A stretch of 50,881 bases of DNA, from contig NIVC01001056.1 in the NCBI GenBank assembly GCA_002269645.1, positions 1 to 50,881 of the forward strand, read 5' to 3'. The stretch's first letter is position 1. Each line of letters starts with the position of its first letter. A program made the translations under genes and the position numbers. This stretch comes from Macrostomum lignano. Its lineage: Eukaryota. The notes under the pieces are model-generated. The model was not told where the DNA came from, did no database searches, and saw nothing but the letters and a program-made list of their open reading frames with translations. Shown in pieces: positions 22,501 through 33,682 of the stretch.

Positions 22501-25500
22501 ATTGCCAGGGCAGCAAGTTCTCTATCACCGCACCTTCTTCAGGAGGACACCAGTTTGTGTGACAAGAGGTTCAAGTTGCTAATGAAGCTGCTTTCTGACT
22601 CTGGTTGGTTGACACATGAGGATGCTGATAAAGCGAAGCAGCAGTTTTTTATCATGTAAAGTGATCCTCAGTGCTGTGTAGCTCTCTGCAGAATTTTGAC
22701 AGGCATACTGATCGACTTGATGTGTTCTTTTCTAACCTCTTTTTCTCAGCAGAAAGTGCTGAACAATTGCAAGGAGCTTCTTTGGATTGTTTGTTGTTCT
22801 AATATTGTCACATAAGCAGGCATCAGTTGAAAGTGGCTTCTCTATTAACAATAGTCTGCTGGTGGAAAACTTATCTGACCGAAGCCTAATTGCACAGATA
22901 ATTGTTTCCAAGCTATTCATGATGCCGGATCAGTCACAGCAATTGCCATCACTCCCAGAATGCTGCAGCATGTACGATCTGCCCGTTCAAGGTGCCTGGA
23001 AGCTCGAGAGCTGCAGCATAAACTGGACTCCGATAATGAACAGAAGGCTAAAAATAAAAAGTGGCAGCAAGAGATGGTTGAGAAACTTGAGAAAGAAGTG
23101 GCAGCTAAGCGTCATACGGCAGATGCAGCAACAAAGGATGCCGATGAGCTTGAAAAGAAGCTTGATGAGTTGAACAACGCTGGCCTCTAGTATTGACATT
23201 TTACATCTAGAGACAGCTAATTCCATTCAGGGGACAGTCTAGTTTTTATATTTTGCCTGCATGAAGTAAGTGTAAAAAGTGTTTTTTTTCTGTTTTGAAT
23301 GTAAACGTTTTCCCAACTCCCAGTTCTATTAATATTACATATTTAGTTTCACATGTGTGCAAGCATTTTATGATGAAGAAGTGTGCGTATATCAGTGGTA
23401 ACACTGATTTCATTTATTTTTAACACAATCATCTACTTTCTTAACATCAGGTATTTCTCCAGTAGGTAATCAATGATGATAAATAGATCTGAATAATAAT
23501 AGACAAAAATGTTGCTCGCGCAACTCTGAATGTACAACAGCAACTTGTGTAACAAGAATGCATAAAAAAGTCTCGTTTTTTAATTTTAATGTTGTAGTTT
23601 TTTTTGCTTAAGTCTTGTTACTAAGATAAAGTCCCCCTCCTCTAGCTGTACCCTGACCCTTGCAAAAAATCTCCTTTATTTGGGAGACAAAAAATGCGTC
23701 GACACCCTGTAACTAAGCGTTCACAATATTGCTACATAAGGATTCACAGTTGTAACTAAGCGTTCACAGTATTGCTACATAAGGATTCACAGTTGTAACT
23801 AAGCGTTCACAGTATTGCTACATAAGGATTCACAGTTGTAACTAAGCGTTCACAATATTGCTACATAAGGATTCACAGTTGTAACTAAGCGTTCACAGTA
23901 TTGCTACATAAGGATTCACAGTTGTAACTAAGCGTTCACAGTATTGCTACATAAGGATTCACAGTTGTAACTAAGCGTTCACAGTTTTGCTACATAAGGA
24001 TTCACAGTTGTAACTAAGCGTTCACACTATTGCTACATAAGGATTCACAGTTGTAACTAAGCGTTCACACTATTGCTACATAAGGATTCACAGTTGTAAC
24101 CAAGCGTTAACAGTTGTCGTAACCCGGGTCGGTTTGGGTGCCCAGTCCCGAGTACAATATGTATTACACGCAATATACAGGCGTAGTGACGCTCTGTCTG
24201 TACTTTTATGGATACGAGCAGGCGTGACGACGCTCTGCGATAATAGGTCGATCCCTCTGGTGTTGTGACACTCAGAGTTCACGCTGCAGCTCGAGGTGTG
24301 GTGACACTCTCGAGTGCTTCTAGTTTCCATACTGTAAGGTTGTACACACTATATAAAGTAACCGGTACAGTACTACAATAATACACAATATACTACGCTG
24401 CTGTGCTGCAGTGGTCACAGTCGCAGGCGTGATGACGCTCTAGCTATGGAACCACTGCTACGGCAAGGCCTCGGAAAAGCTAAAGAAGCGAATAAACTCT
24501 GGGTCTTACCGATGACAGAAGCTGTGAGGCTCGTTCGAATATCGCAACCACCTGACCGCTTTATTTGCTCGCAATTAATTGAGTCTTCGCAGTAAGAGAC
24601 CGTCTATACGGCTCGCTTGAGTATCGCTAGTTTAGTTTGAAGAACTAGGCGCGGGCGCGGAGCGGGGGAAGGTGCTGGGCCAGGCTTGAGCACTATATAC
24701 CACTTAAACAGGGTAGAGGGACAGACAGCGAGAGAGAAACGCCAAACAAAAGAAATGACCTCTCAGCCAATCAGCGTGCCCGCCGAGCAGATCTGACTGA
24801 ATGGGGGCTAGAGCGAAAAACACAAACTCTCAGGCCCAGCCAATCAGTGGCCGCCGCGGGGAAAGACTCAAGCCGGGCCGGGCGACCCCCAACCAGCCAG
24901 AACAGGCCAGACACCACACAGTATTGCTACTAATGGTTCACAGTTCCAACCAAGCATTCACAACCTCCATCCCCAATCCTGCAGATAATTTTCCCGCACA
25001 ACAATGTCGCCCGCCTTCGCCAAGAGCTGCTGAAGCTGCCGCTGGATTCGCCCAAGCTGGTGGCCTTCGAGACCGTCCACTCCATGACAGGCGACATCAG
25101 CCCCCTGGCCGAGCTGTGCAGCCTGACTCGCCAATTCGGCGGCCTCAGCTACGTCGACGAGGTGCACGCGGTCGGCATGTACGGCGCCGCCGGTGCCGGG
25201 GTCGGCGAGCGCGACGGCTGCCTGGCCGGCATGGACCTGATCAGCGGCACCCTCGGCAAGGCTATCGGCAACATCGGCGGCTACGTTGCCGGGGACGCCA
25301 CTGTGATTGACGCGGTCAGGAGCTACGCCAGCGGCTTCATCTTCACCACCAGCCTGCCGCCGACTGTGCTGGCCGGTGCTCGGGCCTCCCTTGCCGTGCT
25401 TCGCTCCGTCGAAGGCGCCGAGCTTCGCCAACGCCACCAGGCCGCTGTACAGCTCCTGCGCGAAGCCCTGCTGAGCCGCGGCCTGCCTGTGATCCCCGCG

Positions 25501-25803
25501 CCGAGCCACATCATCCCGCTGCACGTTGGCGATCCCCGGGTTGCTCAGGCCATCTCCGAGCACATGATGCACCGCTGCGGAGCCTACATCCAGGCTATCA
25601 ATTATCCAACCGTTGCTAGGGGCGACGAGCGGCTCCGGTTGGCGCCGACGCCGCACCACACGGAGCCGATGATCGTCCGCCTGGCGGATCAGCTGGCTGA
25701 CGCTTTCCGCCTTATCGGGCCGCACCTGCTGCGCTCCGACGGTCTGGAATCGGCGGCCGCTGATCCACCGCCCAGCCTGCAGCAGCTTGTGGTAGCCGCT
25801 TGA
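19565..25803 (+). CDS. ALAS: 5-aminolevulinate synthase, mitochondrial (553 aa); exons 19565-20137, 20654-20923, 24985-25803
   Basis: [80 protein letters not shown] (PLP lysine), [26 protein letters not shown]. All junctions are GT-AG phase 0 and the frame is continuous. N-terminal CP heme-regulatory motifs are present. Confidence 0.97.
20257..20612. repeat. 25-bp minisatellite (taggctgagagaaacgggggagaag)n in ALAS intron 1
   Basis: About 14 tandem units. Confidence 0.95.
21496..23709 (+). mobile_element. internally deleted hAT-like DNA transposon, 2214 bp, 13-bp TIRs, 6-bp TSD
   Basis: TIR CAGGGTGTCGACG / CGTCGACACCCTG. TAACTA is duplicated at 21490-21495 and 23710-23715. The interior encodes broken transposase motifs. 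Confidence 0.92.
21684..23190 (+). pseudogene. degenerate hAT-like transposase (5' part missing, multiple frameshifts/stops)
   Basis: Fragments [15 protein letters not shown] (CxxH position, H lost), [22 protein letters not shown] (RW motif, other frame), [12 protein letters not shown] and [17 protein letters not shown] (catalytic E region) across ORFs 21684-23190. Confidence 0.8.
24115..24918 (-). mobile_element. solo LTR (804 bp, TG...CA, 4-bp TSD), probably Gypsy-type, antisense to ALAS
   Basis: cagt|TGTCGTAAC...CACCACA|cagt, and removing it restores the 43-bp satellite unit. On the minus strand two CCAAT boxes (about 24840 and 24767) precede TATATA (about 24697), followed by AATAAA (about 24562). 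Confidence 0.75.
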
Positions 25804-25924
25804 CAACCAGATGTGTGTTTTCTGTTGCAGGCTTAGCGCTCTCCAGACACTGTGTACGGTATGCTTTTTCTCTGTTGGAAAGCAAGATGTTTTTTTCTGT
25901 TGTACCGTAAATTCTTTTTGGATA

Positions 25925-26222
25925 TTTATATTGAGATTCTCCCAGAGTTGTCCTGGCTGGGATTCCCCGGTTTTGTCCTGGCTGGGATTCTCCCAGGGTT
26001 GTCCTGGCTGGGATTCTCCCGGGGTATTCCTGGCTGGGGATTCCGATGGGTTGTCCTGATTGAGATTCTCCCGGGGTTGTACTTGCTGGGATTCCCTCAG
26101 GGTTGTCCTGGTTGGGATTTGCCGGGGTTGTCCTGGTTGGGATTCGCCGGGGTTGTCCTGGTTGGGATTCGCCAGGGTTGTCCTGGTTGGGATTCCCCCT
26201 GGTTGGGATTTCCCCTGGCTAT
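25925..26222. repeat. about 27-bp degenerate minisatellite (gggattctcccagggttgtcctggct-like)
   Basis: Tandem units downstream of the ALAS stop. Confidence 0.85.
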
Positions 26223-26994
26223 TCAGTCATTGGTATTCAACCAAACCATCGTATTAGAATAATCCCTGGGTTAAGCGCTAATTTCAATTCCATATATAGT
26301 GAGGTCCCAATATAAACTGTCAGCCAATACTAGCTTGTTTATTACTATATTTATTACTTTGCCCCTTCGAAACTGTGGTTAGCAGCGGCCGTTTGCTGTG
26401 CTAAAAGGCGCGCTTTCTCTATTAGCCAGCTTATTTAGTTTAGAGTATCATACAAATGTATCGAATTCGCAGAAGAACGTTTCTCTAACTGCTAGGAGTT
26501 TAATGTATTTATCTGCCAACGCTGCCATGCTAATGTAGACAAAGCTGTTTAGAAAATTGTTGTTATTTTTGCGTCAACTGAGCTAACTGGTTAAATGTAT
26601 TGTGAAATGCTGCTTCTAGACCAAAGAGTTTGTCTTGCTTTTTTCGTCTGCAACGCCTCTTTTTAAACATCGTTGTTAGCTGTTTTGTTTGTCTTTTTTC
26701 TAGTAGAAAGCCATTACCTGTACTGTGGAGCGCTTCATGCGAAAATCGAATAGCTATATTACTCTTTATATTGGAAACTGAAAGTTATTGCTGAGCAATG
26801 CAGCTCTTATTTCTTTGCCCCTGTATAAGCTGATATTTATTACTGTACGAGTATGACGCAATGCGCAATTCACTATTTACAAAATAAAAGTTCATCTGGC
26901 ACAAAAATACAATCGATCCTTTTTTGTTTACGCGTCGGATTATTCACAAATTCTATTGCTAGAGTTTGATTTCCCTTGATTTTATAGTGTCGCA

Positions 26995-27222
26995 AGTTGA
27001 CACTCTCTTCCGACATGTCCAAGTGTCTGGAAGCGAAGTTTCGGAAGTTGACACTCTCTTCCGACATGTCCAAGTGTCTGGAAGCGAAGTTTTGGAAGTT
27101 GACACTCTCTTCCGACATGTCCAAGTGTCTGGAAGCGAAGTTTCGGAAGTTGACACACTCTTCCGACATGTCCAAGTGTCTGGAAGCAAAGTTTTGGAAG
27201 TTGACACTCTCTTCCGACAGTC
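26995..27222. repeat. 51-bp tandem repeat, about 4.4 copies
   Basis: aagttgacactctcttccgacatgtccaagtgtctggaagcgaagtttcgg repeated; explains ORFs 26873-27314. Confidence 0.92.
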
Positions 27223-27875
27223 TAAATGTCTGGAACGGTGTCAGTGTCAATGTTGGCGATGAGTTAAGTGTACATAATGCAGGCCCCATATATATAAACC
27301 GGTGTTGGGTCTGAACTCTGGGCTCTAGCGGGGCAACGTTCCGGCTTGAAATATTTGTCCAAGTTCTTAAATTTTAATTGCAGAGTTTTATTCTTAACAA
27401 AGCGAGTCGCCCTCCAATTGTTAGCAAATAACGCTAGCTACATCTGCGAGTAACTGCATTCGGTTTGTTTCAGAAGCTGGCATTCATTCATCTACTGTTC
27501 TTGTGCGTTGCAGCTATCTAAACCTACGAGCTCTCATCTCGCCGCTTTCATCTCATCATCAGAGAGCAAACCGGTTCCTCTGTGCGCATTTTTTTGCCTG
27601 CCTGCACACTGGTTGGCCCGCGGCAGCACGCCGCACTGTACGAGCCGTTGGGGAACTTCAATGGGATTGTACGATGCCCATGTACATGTTTGTAGCAATG
27701 GACGAGATGGCAGACAGGTGAACTGAGCGCTTGTTTAACAAGGCGACAGGTAACACAGTGCGTGCGTGCCGTTTTTTCAACTATAAAATCGTATTTAAAT
27801 AGATAACAAGTTTTGCTAGGAAAAATATAAGAAAGCAGAGAACAAAGAGCCCGCAGACACCAGCAAAACACAAGC

Positions 27876-28863
27876 ATGTCGATTACAAGCAAAGCTTCCG
27901 AAGCCTTAAAGAGCTTGGCTACTGCCATAGGGTGCTCTGATAAAGTTGCGATTGCAACCGCCAAAATGACGGAGACTGTTCTGAGCGTGGCGAGCAGCTG
28001 GGAAAAGGCGCAGGCTGATCTCCGGGAACTGTTGAGCAGCAGTGAAAGCGCTGAGTGGAATGAGCTGTCCAAACTGCTCCGGAAAACGAAGCAGTCTGCC
28101 GATTTTTTCAGAATCGCGTGCCAAAATCTGCAAGAAAACTGGAAATCAAAGAGAGAGATCATGGAGGAACCACTCAAGAATGATGAAGTTGATGCCGATT
28201 TCGTAAAAGCCTGTGTTGACAATCTGAAGGAGTTGCTCACCAAAGTTTCCAACTGCGAGGTGAAGTATAAGGAATTTACTGAGGATTTAAATGAGACTGT
28301 CACGTTCGCAACCAAACTTGTTGCGCGGGTAAAAAACGCAAACGAGAAAGCTGAACGAGACGCGTCCAACACGCGTACAGTTGGTTACGGTGCAGCTGGT
28401 GTTTCAGCTTTGGCTGGTGGCGTAGCAGCCACAGTATTGACCGGTGGGTTAGCTCTACTGGCTGCTGCAGCTGGCGGTGTGGCCGCCCTGGCCACAGGAA
28501 AGTACACTCGGGGAAACAGCTGCCCGGCTAGACAAGCTGGGTGAGCAGTTCAACGAACTCAAAAACAAGCTTGAATTGTCGATTAGCGAACTAAACAAAG
28601 TCGGCGACGAACTCGTGGGTCTTCGCTCGGCAACTGAGAGCCTGGCCAGCCGGATTGACGACCTGAAGCTGCTCGCCTTCAAGCGGCAAAGCGAAGAAAA
28701 GAGCCGCCGCGAGAAGGAGCAGGCTGAGAAGCAGAAGCTCGAGAAGGACAAAGAGGAACTCAGACTGGAAAACGAACAGAAGGAAAGAGAGATTCAAGAG
28801 CTCAAGCGAGCTCAGCAGGAGTCATTCAAACGGAAGCAGAGCTGCGTGTGCGCCATCCTGTGA
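27876..28863 (+). CDS. intronless alpha-helical protein (about 329 aa) with central Gly/Ala hydrophobic hairpin and C-terminal CaaX; APOL / ClyA-like architecture; one frameshift near 28505
   Basis: ORF 27876-28544 joins ORF 28477-28863 at GKY/TLGETAARL. Hydrophobic stretch VGYGAAGVSALAGGVAATVLTGGLALLAAAAGGVAALATG is flanked by coiled coils. The protein ends KRKQSCVCAIL*. TATA-like element at about 27825 and AATAAA at about 28968. Confidence 0.75.
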
Positions 28864-29424
28864 AGCCGCGGATTTGAGCCTTTGACCTTTTAAGACATTC
28901 AGCTGGACTGGTTCATACTCCACTGATTTAAATTACATACTCTTAAGTGGTCTTCATTCTGATTCTATAATAAACTTTAAATTTTTTTGCAGTGGGTCTA
29001 GCGTCTGCTGTGATATTAGATAGGTATTCATATTTTATTATTTTTAATACTAGTAACGCATAATTTTTTAAAACTAAACTTAATATCATAAGCTTTTAAA
29101 ATACACATATTACAATACTTGTTAGTTCTCTTAAAAATCGCAGTTGCCATTGTGCTGCTACTCGTATTCGACTCTGATACTTAATTGTCACGCCTGTATT
29201 GAGCCTGTATATTGCTGTATTACTGTATTTTTACTAATGCTCTACAGCAATACAATAATATGCACTCTACAGTTCAGTAAGCCGCAAATCCTACGATTAC
29301 TACTGCCACTAGTAACAACCGAGGTGTCTGGTCAGTATTTTTTAGTTGAAGAAGTGAAGAAGGTTTTGTTGGATGAATTTTCAGAGATTATTTATGGATT
29401 AAATATTCTTCCTTCCTGACATTT

Positions 29425-29630
29425 TGCTTCCAACTGACAGCCTTGCTTCCACCTGACAGTCTTGCTTCCACCTGACAGTCTTGCTTCCACCTGACAGTCT
29501 TGCTTCCACCTGACAGCCTTGCTTCCACCTGACAGCCTTCCACCTGACAGCCTTCCACCTGACAGCCTTCCACCTGACAGCCTTCCACCTGACAGCCTTG
29601 CTTCCACCTGACAGCCTTGCTTCCAATCGA
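29425..29630. repeat. 19/15-bp minisatellite (cttccacctgacag[tc]cttg)n
   Basis: Tandem units. Confidence 0.9.
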
Positions 29631-30374
29631 CAATCTTCCCTGCAATCTGCAAGACAGTGCAATGCTTTACTTAGTGAGAATATCTTTAATTTTGATTAAG
29701 CTTTTAGATAATTTTAATTTTCCATATCGCTGCGGGCAAGTAAAGCGTGCGGACCCGCTCGTGGTTTTAATCACAGCGACTGACCGATCCTAAATAGATG
29801 GCCGCACACAATGGCAGCATTGAATAGGGAGGGCTGGGCAATTTCAACTGAGGATTTGGGCGCTGGGATAAACTCCTGTAAGCTGGAGCTACTCTGATGA
29901 AGCTGGCAGCATCTGCACGGCATGCTTATCAGGAAGCGGCCTTGTCAGCAGTCCATCCAGTTGTAGCGGTGCGTGCAGCTGCCATAGTGGTCTCTGCCCT
30001 GCGAAGCATAAAAACTATAGTACAAAACATGGCTCGTGAGGCATTATTCTATATGAGAATTCACTGATAGAAAGTTTTACTAACTGACAGGTTTGACTGT
30101 GTCAGGTTGGCTCTTAGCCTGAAAACTCTTCGGAATTGTCAGTGAACTGCTATAGCTGTCTAATGCGCTATTGACAAGTGTGGGACAGATTCATATCCCA
30201 ATATATGCTCTTGGGATAACTGCATCCAAAATTGGCAGCAAGATTTTCTCTAATGGCAAGAAATGTCAAGTTGTTTTCACGTTTTAATTGGTTTACGAAT
30301 CAAGGACCACTGGTCCTTTGTCACGAATCTCGTAGGCAAATTGGAAATTCAGGGTGCCTCCACAGTTACCACTA

Positions 30375-30520
30375 CACCGGAGTGTCCCTACTCACTTGTG
30401 TCACCATCAGGTGTCCTGTACTGCAGTGTCCCTACTCACTTGTGTCACCACCAGGTGTCCTGCACTGCAGTGTCCCTACTCACTTGTGTCACCATCAGGT
30501 GTCCTGTACTGCAGTGTCTG
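30375..30520. repeat. about 47-bp tandem repeat, about 3 copies
   Basis: gtgtccctactcacttgtgtcaccatcaggtgtcctgtactgca repeated. Confidence 0.85.
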
Positions 30521-31629
30521 TCACAAGCTGTCACAATCAGATGTCCCGAAGTACTTTCCACCAGATGCACTTTGGTTTGACAGCCTTCCGTCGGCCTACA
30601 ATCCCTGCTTCGGCTCTGGGGTGCTGCAGTCCCAATGAAGGTGAACAGCTTTTAAAATCAGACTAATAGTCGGTATTGTATGGTCTCACTTCTCATCATA
30701 ATGGAACGGTAAATTTTAGCTCAAAAGGACTTTGAAACTTTGAGCAGTTAAGCCGATTTTAGCTCAAATCCATTTCTAGCATTTCTAGCTTATCAAGCTT
30801 TGCCAACACAGCATCGCATTGTCAGACTCAAGACGTGTTAAACAGCGCTGACTGATAAAAAATTGCAGGAAATTTCGCGTTTTGTTTCGTCAGCTCATTT
30901 TGGCTGCCAATCAAGAAAAGAGAATTGCGAAAAAATATTTCGCTTCTTTGGCAGCAAGCGCGGCTCAAGTTGCTGCAATTAACCTGCAGCAGCCATCGAG
31001 CGAAGCGCGCCTATCAAGTCGAGCAGCTCTCCGAATTCGGGCTCTGGGAAATTGGAAATCGCTATTCAAAATTGCATTCATTGCCTTTTTTCCAAGCCTC
31101 TTCTAGGCTGGGCGGGAGACCGCTATCTCAATGGCCACTTGTTTGCGAGCCCAATCCAAACTTACCTGAGGAGCCACAAGTTTGTCAAGCGATATTACGA
31201 TGCATTTAGTCGGAGCTCAAGTCTCGTAGCTGAGTGCGGCAACTCTCGCGATCAATTCTGATTAACAACCCTCATCCCCCGCTATCGGCAGGCGGCTCAG
31301 CAGATGCTGAGTGAACCTGTGCGTCAAGTAGATTGCGGGCCAGGTAACCCCGATCACTGGCAGAGCGAACATATGCTTCCGCCGTGTATTGGGGGAGAAA
31401 ATTTTTACCTGCGTGTGTTACAGTGCGGGGCACCGCTCGGCAGTCGGTGATAAGAGGTTAGGAAATTATTAGACAACACGTTAGGAGCAATTGCTGGTAG
31501 CAGTAGGACGAAACACAAATAACTTTTAGTACACTGCGCATGCATTATAAGAAAGTAAACTTGTTCAGACTAAATAATCGACATATTTATGAGTCACACA
31601 GGAGGCAAGACTGGAATGATTCCGGGAAT

Positions 31630-32170
31630 TAAGGGACTCGGGAACGGAGGGACTCGGAAACGGAGGGTCTCGGGAACGGAGGGACTCGGGAACGGAGGGA
31701 CTCAGAAACGGAGGGTCTCGGGAACGGAGGGACTCGGAATCGGAGGGTCTCGGGAACGGAGGGACTCGGGAACGGAGCGATTCGGGAACGAAGGGACGCG
31801 GGAACGGAGGGTCTCGGGAACGGAGGGACTCGGGAACGGAGGGACTCGGAATCGGAGGGTCTCGGGAACGGAGGGACTCGGGAACGGAGGGACTCGGGAA
31901 CGGAGGTCTCGGGAACGGAGGGACTTGGGAACGGAGGGACTCGGGAACGGAGGGACTCGGAATCGGAGGGTCTCGGGAACGGAGCGACTCGGGAACGGAG
32001 CGACTCGGGAACGGAGCGACTCGGGAACGGAGCGACTCGGGAACGGAGCGACTCGGGAACGGAGGGACCGGAGGGACTCGGGAACGGAGAGACTCGCAAA
32101 CGGAGGGACTCGGGAACGGAGGGACTCGGGAACGGAGGGACTCAGAAACGGAGGGACTCGGGAGCAGAGG
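31630..32170. repeat. 16/17-bp minisatellite (gggactcgggaacgga)n
   Basis: Tandem units; source of ORFs 31589-32476 and their antisense ORFs. Confidence 0.92.
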
Positions 32171-32644
32171 GACTTAGTGACTGAGGAACGCAGATACGGA
32201 TGGGGACTTAAATGGCATCCATTCACGTCATACCGGTCCATTAAAGTGACGAAAATGCTATCAATAGCCGAATTCAACATCTCAGATCCTGGTAGATTTC
32301 AGAATCCAAATTTGTCCAACTTTGGCCCACGCACCTCTCATGCAGCTGCCGCGGCCAATCAACTGACTGCTTTGCGGATGAGGCCGCACTGCTGCATCAG
32401 GTTAATCCCGGGAGCCAGGGAAGAGGGGCAGGGCGGTGAAGAGGCGCAGAATGAGAAAGATGAGATACCCTCGTAGAGAGAACCCAAAACTTCTCGTTGC
32501 ATTCCAGGCGCATAAATACTAGCGCTTGGGCAGCTCCTCGCCACTGGAGTGCGAACGCCAGCTGGGCATTTGAGTAACCCAAGCCATCGCAGTACAGTTG
32601 CAAATCCTGCTAAACGTTTCGAGCACGGAGAGACAACGACGGAT

Positions 32645-33682
32645 ATGACGAAACTGCTGCTACTGCTCTCGGCTGCTCTGATGGCGGTCAACTTGCTGAG
32701 TCATTCAGCCAGTGCCAAGGGTGAGAGCGTGTCTCCTTAATTTACTCGTATTACCAAATTTGGGGTCAGACTCGAAAAATGGTTTGAGTACTAATATAAT
32801 CCGCACATTTCAGACCTGCTGGACACTGATGAGCTCGATAAGGCCGACATAAACGGTGATGCATCTCTTTGGCAAGACAAAAAGCGGGCCGGAGCCTGGA
32901 GCAGCGGATTCGGTAAACGTGCCGGAGCCTGGAGCAGCGGATTCGGTAAACGTGCCGGAGCCTGGAACAGCGGATTCGGTAAACGTGCCGGAGCTTGGAA
33001 CAGCGGATTCGGTAAACGTGCCGGAGCCTGGAGCAGCGGATTCGGTAAACGTGCCGGAGCCTGGAACAGCGGATTCGGTAAACGTGCCGGAGCCTGGAAC
33101 AACGGATTCGGTAAACGTGCTGGAGCCTGGAACAGCGGATTCGGTAAACGTGCTGGAGCCTGGAACAGCGGATTCGGTAAACGTGCCGGAGCCTGGAGCA
33201 GCGGATTCGGTAAACGTGCCGGAGCTTGGAACAGCGGATTCGGTAAACGTGCCGGAGCCTGGAGCAGCGGATTCGGTAAACGTGCCGGAGCCTGGAACAG
33301 CGGATTCGGTAAACGTGCTGGAGCCTGGAACAGCGGATTCGGTAAACGTGCTGGAGCCTGGAACAGCGGATTCGGTAAACGTGCTGGAGCCTGGAACAGC
33401 GGATTCGGTAAACGTGCTGGAGCCTGGAACAGCGGATTCGGTAAACGTGCCGGAGCTTGGAGCAGCGGATTCGGTAAACGTGCCGGAGCTTGGAGCAGCG
33501 GATTCGGTAAACGTGCCGGAGCTTGGAGCAGCGGATTCGGTAAACGTGCCGGAGCTTGGAGCAGCGGATTCGGTAAACGTTCCGGAGCTTGGAGCAGCGG
33601 ATTCGGTAAACGACTTAGCGAGGCCAGTCAAGACATCCCGGAAGTAGCGGCCAACACCGAGTTCTACCTTGACCTTGAGTAG
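32645..33682 (+). CDS. neuropeptide precursor (314 aa), 22 x [A/S]GAW[S/N][S/N]GF-amide; exons 32645-32720 and 32814-33682
   Basis: Exon 1 is the signal peptide MTKLLLLLSAALMAVNLLSHSASAK. The phase-1 GT-AG intron is 32721-32813. Exon 2 has an acidic pro-region DLLDTDELDKADINGDASLWQDKKR, 22 in-frame 33-nt units (32888-33613) each ending G-K-R, an acidic tail LSEASQDIPEVAANTEFYLDLE and TAG at 33680-33682. Confidence 0.95.

Larger units (their letters stand above)
21040..24114. repeat. 43-bp minisatellite (taactaagcgttcacactattgctacataaggattcacagttg)n in ALAS intron 2, split by a DNA transposon
   Basis: Units at about 21040-21495 and 23710-24114, plus one degenerate unit after 24919. Confidence 0.95.

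Noticed and set aside
21040-24114. 43-bp and 21-bp regular repeats as a CRISPR-like array
   Set aside because: Head-to-tail units with no unique spacers, no cas genes, eukaryotic intron context.
5952-28863. cGLR plus APOL-like gene as a bacterial-style CBASS/defence operon
   Set aside because: 18 kb apart, opposite strands, separated by housekeeping genes; no evidence of co-regulation. The functional link is only speculation.
29800-31300. Possible small spliced gene fragments (acceptor-like site near 30000; ORFs 30882-31261)
   Set aside because: No recognisable protein motif or consistent exon chain.
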